Shown here: piece after piece, positions 56,368 through 64,000 of the stretch
Position numbering within the stretch: the stretch's first letter is position 1
How the letters are laid out: every line of letters starts with the position of its first letter
From: Octopus sinensis
Taxonomy: Eukaryota
DNA length: 64,000 nt
Reading direction: 5' to 3'
NCBI RefSeq assembly: GCF_006345805.1
Contig: NC_043005.1
Coordinates: forward strand, 82,398,001 to 82,462,000
Program-made: the position numbers and the translations under genes
The notes under the pieces: generated by a model
What the model was told of the DNA's origin: nothing
Databases searched by the model: none
The model's input: only the letters and a program-made list of their open reading frames with translations

Positions 56368-56652
56368 GATGTCTGTCCCATCCTTATCGAGTATGGCTAT
56401 TGCACGAAGCTTAACTGTTATTGGTGCTGTGATCGAATGCGATTTTTTAGCCCACCTAAAGATCTACAATGTCTTGTACAGAATTGGCAGCTAAAATCTT
56501 TACCTGTAATAGCCGGCTATCGTTGTAACTGGTCTTCATGTACCTTTGCATGTCGTTTAAGTCATCATGCCGAATTACACTCTCTTCCACATGCCTGAGA
56601 GATATGATTAGTATGGTGTATTACACCACCACCAGTGGCCAGGTTGTCACTC
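56368..56652 (-). mobile_element. RTE-clade LINE 3' end with two C2H2-like fingers and a microsatellite tail
   Basis: QACGRECNSA**LKRHAKVH ... FSCQFCTRHCRSLGGLKNRIRSQH*, then a short 3' UTR (GCCATACTCGATAAGGATGGGACAGAC) and (ATGT)n. Confidence 0.75.
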
Positions 56653-56971
56653 ATCTGTCTCATACATACATACATATATACATACATACATATACACATG
56701 CTTACACACATATACATATATATTTAAACTCGCAGACCAGACATAAGTAGATGGTGTTGTACAAACACGATAAGTAAATAAATAGAACTCAAGCGACATG
56801 CGAGAAGTTTTGAGAATTTTTCAGGTGAGACATTCATTTCAAAGACGCACAAAGATCTATTCTTTCCCAAAGAAGGAACCTCTGGTGTAGATGAATCCTT
56901 TGCTATCGATAAAGGTGTTCACCACGAGCTTCTAAGAGGACTTGTTTTTTCTGGCCTTTTGTACCATCGAA

Positions 56972-57097
56972 AACCAGATGTTCCAGGTTCAGTCCCACTG
57001 CGTGGCATCTTGGGCTAGTGTCTTCTACTATAGCCCCGGGCCGACCAATGTCTTGTGAGTGGGTTTGGTAGGCGGAAACTGAAAGAAGCCTGTCGTA

Positions 57098-57167
<70 letters not shown>

Positions 57168-57367
57168 TGTGTTTGTGTGTCTGTGTTTGTCCCCTTAGCA
57201 TTGCTTGACAACCGATGCTGGTGTGTTTACGTCCCCGTCACTTAGCGGTTCGGCAAAACAGACCGATAGAATAAGTACTGGGCTTACAAAGAATAAGTCC
57301 CGGGGTCGATTTGCTCGACTAAAGGCGGTGCTCAAATGACTGAAACAAGTAAAAGAGTAAAGAGTAA
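56972..57367 (+). mobile_element. Family-A SINE, 5'-clipped, young
   Basis: High identity to the reverse complement of 23453-23865; lacks CCAGCATGGCCGCAGT of the tail; AAGAGT tail repeats. Confidence 0.9.
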
Positions 57368-57719
57368 TCCATAAGCGGTCTGGAAAATTTCATGTTTCTG
57401 CAGAGCTTTTGCTCAGGTTACCACGAAATCTTATTGGATATTAAGCTTCCGCATCGTCTTCATGTCCCGATTGCATCCTGCAACTTATGCAGCGTCGACA
57501 AGCAAATTTCATTTCAAAGTACTCTTACGACTGTTTCCTCTAATCTGAAATAACAGGATTTTGTTGGTTAGCTTATTAGGACGTTTAGAAATGATATTAC
57601 AAAATTGTAGTAATCACGGACAATATAATTCCCTCTCCTACAAAAGTCTCAAGACTTCTGGAATGGCTCTCATGTGTGTGTGTCTGTCTGTGTGTGTGTG
57701 TATGTGTGTATTTTCATTT

Positions 57720-58028
57720 TATCTTGTAGCAGCTCACGAGATGTAGCCATGCTGGGGCACAGCCATTCGGTGTTGCTACATGATTTTACTTCACGTATGC
57801 TTTTTAACAATTGATATTTGGTGCATGAGAGAGTTTGATGCAGCTGCCCTCATCTGCACCTCCTGCCGTGAAGTTGGTTCATTTGGGACACCTGACAGGA
57901 AGAGATCCAGTTTTATTTTAAAGACATCTGCATCCACCCCATGCAGGTCTCTCAGGTCCTTCGGGAGGATATTGAAGAGCTATTGATCTCTGAAGCACAG
58001 GCTATCACAGTATCTTGTCCTACATCTT
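57720..58028 (-). mobile_element. CR1/L2/jockey-group LINE 3' end
   Basis: RTRYCDSLCFRDQ*LFNILPKDLRDLHGVDADVFKIKLDLFLSGVPNEPTSRQEVQMRAAASNSLMHQ, followed by a short 3' UTR. Confidence 0.8.
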
Positions 58029-59339
58029 GATATATATACATATATATATATAAATTTTATTTCGTAATGCGGTTAAAAAGCAAGGCTGTGTAGATGTTAG
58101 AACATTTATAGATAGCAGGTCTAACAGCTGTTTCCAGGATATTTATTATATCCTTTCATCGAAGACGGTGTGAGAGGATGGTTAAGAAATCATTAATTGA
58201 GATAAGATATAAAATAGTGATGTTGAGGAAATAAAAGAAAATAGATGTGTGATATGTAGGGATACTGAATTTGTAAATCCATTTTTTTAGGCAGAATGGT
58301 ATATATATAATATTCCAATACCTTATGAGTAAAATCCAATAGAATTTAATATTGTTCATTTTATAGCACTTATTCAGCATTACCTGACAACTTTGGGTCT
58401 CAATGACACCATTACCTCTCATAACCGCTCTCTCTCTATATATATATGTGTGTGTGTGAGAGAGAGTTTCTATGTGTGTGTATGTGTGTATACATACAAA
58501 CACACACATATACATATGTATATTTATACTCACACATACACACACACACACACACACTCTCTCTCTCTCATATATATATACATGATTGTTTCAAACGCAA
58601 ATTCATAAATTCATTAATATGTCAATGGAAATGAATGTGTGACAATGGAAATAATTTCAGACTGACAAGGTGAAACCTACCTTTCCACAAATTTTGAAAT
58701 TTGACGGTTGATATCTCTTTGTCAAGAGGAAACACAAGATGTTAAGATTTTGTCATTTGTTGAAATAAATTCAAAAGTTTTCTGAAATGCATAAAATGAT
58801 ATTGCAACAATAAAGAATCTGCCTCGTGAAACTCTTGTCTAGATGTATGTATATGCAAATCTCAACATCTAAGAAATTTAATACAAAACCATTTTGTCTA
58901 CACCCGACAACAATGCTGAAAATGTTAAGAAACTGTTGTTTATGATAGATTTATGGCTCCTAAACTCTCTTGAATAGAATTTGCAAGACTTCATTAACGG
59001 TTAATATGTGGTTGTTTGTATTTGAAATTCATTTATACTGTTGAAATTATCTTCCGTTATATGCGTTTTGTTACAAATAATATAGGCAGTTTTAGACATG
59101 AAAGTAGGAACTACATAAAACATTTACACTTCATGATAGTAGCATGTGACACTATTTGGTACTGAAAATATCTAATCACACACCAAACACATCAAACCTA
59201 CGCAGAAACACAAAAACGTATACACACCCTCCGCACGCACGCACACATGCAACACACACACACACATTTGCGCATGCATACAAGCACACACACACGCATG
59301 CATGTAAATACACACACAAGCACGCACACAAACACAAAC

Positions 59340-59553
59340 ATCTATTTCTTTACTACCCACAAGGGGCTAAACACAGAGGGGGCAAACAAGGACAGACAAA
59401 CGGATTAAGTCGATTACATCGACCCCAGTGCGTAACTGGTACTTAATTTATCGACACCGAAAGGATGAAATGCAAAGTCGACCTCGGCGGAGTTTGAACT
59501 GAGAACGTAACGGCAGGCGAAATATGGCTACGCATTTCGCCCGGTGTGCTAAC
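59340..59553 (-). mobile_element. Family-B SINE (5'-clipped) inserted in (CA)n
   Basis: Reverse complement of 17180-17390 at high identity. Confidence 0.9.
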
Positions 59554-60514
59554 ACACACACACATACACACACATCGAAGAAAGGAAATATAGCTGAAAT
59601 TTCGGTGTCTAGCAATCTGATCCTCTTTGGCGCTTGGGTGTGTAAGAATGAAAGCCTAGTAGTCGTTACTTGTAAGAACAAGGCTTTCGTATATGAAATA
59701 CATAATGAACTACTTCAAGAAATCCTGTTATTATATTATTGTATTGTTTACCGAATGCACTCATTTGTGGTCCTTATCAATTATGGAGACTATATTCAAT
59801 CTCAATGTTAAATTTAATTATTTTGTGAAGCAGTTATAATGACACAACGTTAAAAATTTGAGCGAGAAATATAAAGATTATATAGTGTGATATGAGGGGT
59901 TGGAATGTCTGCTATTGAACCAATCGTACTTTTGCAGAAAATCCAACCATATTGTGTTTACATACAAAAGATAACCATCTGTGTATAGATAAATAAAAAG
60001 TGTCTGTTCTAAATGATAGATAACTTCAAAAGGAAATTTAAAATATAATGTGTGATTATTCTGAAATGTATCAATATTTACACTAAAACTCTTAAGTACA
60101 AGCTAAAATTATATGGTACGAAACAAATTAAAGAATATTGAATTTGGTTTGATCTATAATATGATAGTTTATAACTCAAGCCCTTAGATGTCTCCATACC
60201 ATTACACAAACTAACAACCTCGTTGACACACAGAGATGCACACTGGTATACACATATAAACCTATTTGGTTCAATTGCAGCTAAACATTCGATACTGATA
60301 AACACAAACGTACACGGCGGGGTGCATCCTTTGTATGTGCAAGAACACATATAATTATGCAGTCTGATTTATCAATAAATTAATAAACAGTTTTCATGTG
60401 GCTATATATATATATACATGCGTGTATATATATACTTACATATATATTTATATATACACACACATATATATTTATACACACACATATATATATGTATATA
60501 TATATATATGTATA

Positions 60515-60562
<48 letters not shown>

Positions 60563-62397
60563 GATACATAGATAAAAAATACTTATGCCAGCATATGAAT
60601 ACAAAATTTATACACATACACCTGTGTGTGTATGTGTATGTCTCTGTGTGTATGTTTATGTATCTATGCAATCGGAAATGCTGTCTTAATTCTCTATATA
60701 CTTAAAGCACTGTTGCTACATCTCTTTTACGTATGTATGTATGTATGTATGTATGTATGTGTGTATGTATGTATGTATATTAAAACAGTCGTTTAGGTTG
60801 CTTGCTTTTAAAGTAGCGATATATATATATATATATATATAGCTGTATGTTCTTAATGTGTCCTATAACATGTATCCGTGTAGTCCTGAATTGTTAAGGA
60901 AAAGTATGTACGTGAATTGCTGTCACTGCCAAGGTTATGTGTGCATATATGAATTTGCATATAGACATTGGCAATTAACGTATCTCTGCCAGTGATTTTA
61001 AAGAAGGAATTGTTAAAAGAACCAATGAGAGTATGAGTATCGACAAGAGTATCACAGATTTCTACTATTTTAAAGCCATCTGCAGAAGAATGTAGGAGTG
61101 TCACCAACATATAGCAACTGGGTGTAAGCTAATAATTTTTCTAATGGAGGCCCGAGAAGATTTAAGCCTAATCATTTTGATTCGCCTGTTCCTGACCAAC
61201 AAGAGATAAAAGGCTTATAATATGATCACTTCCTTCTGTTTTACAGCTACTTTTAAAATTGTTTGAGTGTTAATTTTAACAATTTTCCAAAACCATTACA
61301 AAGTGCACTCTGGAACGTAGCTCATCCAGCGATAGCATGGATTAATTAATTTAATGATAGTGCAAATTGCAGCATATTTGAATAATTTTAAATAACAGGT
61401 ATGCCTGTTTTCAATGCACATGCAATTTTAAACTTGCTGTGAAGAGCATACAATGTGTTACTCACCAGGTTTTGTCTCACTTGAAACAAAAAAAAACTGC
61501 AGGATCGAAATCATTACATTCTAATCTTGTTAGAGCTTCGGGGAACGAGAAAAGATGAAGAGAAACACATCTTTCCAAAGAGCAATAAAAAATAGAGCCG
61601 AATTTGCATAACACTGCCTGGGCTGATAAAGTTGTTTAATTAATTCATTATAATGAACTACACAGCAGTTTTTGAATAATTTGAAGCGGAACAAAACAGA
61701 ATTAAATGTTGTTTCTGATTTTTTTTCTTTCCAACACGAAAACAAATAAAATTGCATTCCCACATGTGTCTTCCATTGTTTAAGGATAATGTAATTATGG
61801 AGATTTAATTGATATCAATATCAGACCTTGCAACCGTAAAGTGGATCTCCGTGTGAGATTAACTGGTTGATTGAATAGAACAGAAACCCTGGATGGTCAC
61901 ATTTTGAAGACCTTCACTAATACAGCTGGGTGATCAAGGCTGACGAAAGGGCGGACAATAAAATCTACGAAAGAGGGATATTTCTTGAAAAGAGGCTGCA
62001 ATTGTCCCTATTCTAGTATTAATAAGGTCAACTGACAAATGTTATCTGAAAGAAACATCCTATAATTTCGTACCTATACACGCACACACAAAATGTTCCT
62101 ATGTATATATTATGTTATGCATAGAAGCGTTGAATGTTGCAGATATTTATACTGGAGTAACATACAATGAACAACACCCATATATTAGCTTACGAAGATC
62201 TTGTTTTGGGGATGTATTTCCTATCATTATATTACGCAAAGATCGGAAACGTGTGTATTAAATGATTTCAAAATATTAGTATTTGGTTCGACTTCGTTAT
62301 AATAATAATAAGAAAAAGAAGGTGAAGAAGAAAGAGAATGACAAGAAGGATGATGAATTATGATGATGGTGGTGATGATGATGACAGCGATAATATG

Positions 62398-63082
62398 CCC
62401 TGATTCAGTACCAGGCAGAGGCTCCCATGGCTTCTGATCTGAACTGATTGGAAATGTTGTCCTGTACATTGATTTGTTTTGTGATAAATGATGAGCTACA
62501 GCAAATATTCTGGTCAATATTACAGATTTGCTTGTTAGTTATTTTACCGTAGCCAATTGAGCATGTTCCATAGTGGCTGACGATGTGTGCATCACTGACT
62601 ACGAGCAGAAATAGTAGGGAATATTATAACATTGTTTTGAGATGAATTCTTTTGGGGTTGAATAATTCACCTGTGAAACAATGGTTGTCTTTTCAACATC
62701 CTTAATCTTATTCAGGGACGATTTCAGTGGGATGCCCTACTGGACCTGAAGAAAATTCAAACTAGGCCCTACCTGCTAGATCATGGGCTGTTTACCTTGA
62801 CATGGTATCACAATTTCACGCACATGTACTTGTGATGCATGTACCTGATCTACCCGTATAAGACGGATAGTCATGATGGGTTTACTGGACTTTATATATT
62901 TTACACCAGTTTCACTTTGATAGCATGTACTTCTCTCTCACACAATGATAATAATAATGATGATAATGATAATAGTAATAACCTGATGGCTTTTGATCTT
63001 AACTGATTGGAAGTATTATCATGTTTTATCTTGGTATAAAAGATGGGCTAAAACAAATATACTGTTCAATATCTCAGATTTT
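62398..63082 (+). mobile_element. About 550-bp non-coding retroelement-like unit with an (AAT/ATG)n tail, plus a second partial copy
   Basis: 62987-63082 repeats 62427-62530; trinucleotide tracts flank the unit on both sides. Class uncertain. Confidence 0.5.
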
Positions 63083-63535
63083 ACATACATATATGTACAA
63101 AAATATTATACATATACATACATATATACACCCACATATGCACACAATCACACAGTCACATATACGTGTGTGTGTGTGTGTGTGTAGAAATATACACAAA
63201 TGTGTGTGTATATATATATATATGTCTGTGTACAAATGTCTCTCTACTTCTTACCATCTTCTTTTTCTCTGTGTCTATAATCTCTTTGATTTTGGGTGTG
63301 TGCAAATGTATATGCTAATTTTATGGTGAAGTCTGGTCAATAATGGAGTGGAATACGTTAATCAATACTCAATATGAAATCAATGTTGTATAAATATATA
63401 TAAATGATGGTTATGTTCTGAGATTCTCGTTAACGTTCGCCTTAAAAAGAAAGAAAAATACTTATTTATTCCGTCTGCGTAGAGAGTAGTAATTTATTAG
63501 TATTTATAATAGAGATGTATTTTATTTACTTGTAG

Positions 63536-63714
63536 TGCGGAGTCTAATTTGTATAAAAGTTCATGGACCCTCCCAAGTAGCGTTTTTGAATAATTTCACA
63601 TATAGACTAGACTATTCTCATGTCACATGCTGTGTTAACAAGGCTAGTGAATACAATGCATTTCTTTCTCTTCTAATTATTACCCTGAACAAAGCATTGA
63701 CGTTTTCGATCTGT
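63536..63714 (+). CDS. Candidate 179-nt coding exon (RSLICIKVHGPSQVAFLNNFTYRLDYSHVTCCVNKASEYNAFLSLLIITLNKALTFSIC)
   Basis: TTTTATTTACTTGTAG acceptor and GTAAGA donor; exactly one frame is open across all 59 codons. Confidence 0.3.
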
Positions 63715-64000
63715 GTAAGATAATTCGAGAAGTTTGTTAAAATATCGATACAAGAATTTTTCGAACATTATTAGATAACTATGGCAAAAGTAGTAGCTTG
63801 TAGCTCCTTAGACTGCGTACGTTGTAAGACGTATCATAAAAGACCAGTATTATTTGCATAATGTACTGGCAAGTGAGATGATATAAATTTTTTTCTTTTA
63901 ATACACACAAGACAACGAGTCTATCAAGTTGAAATGAAACCCCTAATCGTATATTCTTTTGTATGTAGAGAATACTACACACTAGTATGCACACATATAC

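Noticed and set aside
56203-56598. Plus-strand ORF with CCCH-like and C-x4-C-x12-H-x3-H patterns
   Set aside because: It is antisense to the RTE LINE 3' end, lacks the conserved F/L finger residues, and begins in microsatellite.

Overview
AT-rich eukaryotic genomic DNA, not prokaryotic. The SINE, LINE and microsatellite content is what I recognise from octopus (coleoid cephalopod) genomes; this is recognition, not a database result. A large share of the window is simple repeats ((TA)n, (TATG)n, (CA)n, (GATA)n, (ATC)n), which explain almost all ORFs in the supplied track. Supported features: three Tc1/mariner lineages (a deleted IR/DR Tc1, a 526-bp DD41D mini-element with an open catalytic-domain ORF, a decayed DD37D/maT copy); a 2.45-kb TTAA-flanked element with about 260-bp TIRs; a fold-back MITE; LINE fragments (R4/Dong-like, RTE, CR1/L2-like); at least three tRNA-derived SINE families; a 99.6%-identical 1.19-kb tandem duplication; a 4-kb strand-flipping simple-repeat complex; and two hammerhead-like motifs of probable Penelope origin. 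No host gene could be identified with confidence. Several splice-bounded open segments are listed as low-confidence candidate exons. I found no CRISPR array, rRNA or true tRNA, and I cannot support a new multi-gene system from sequence alone.
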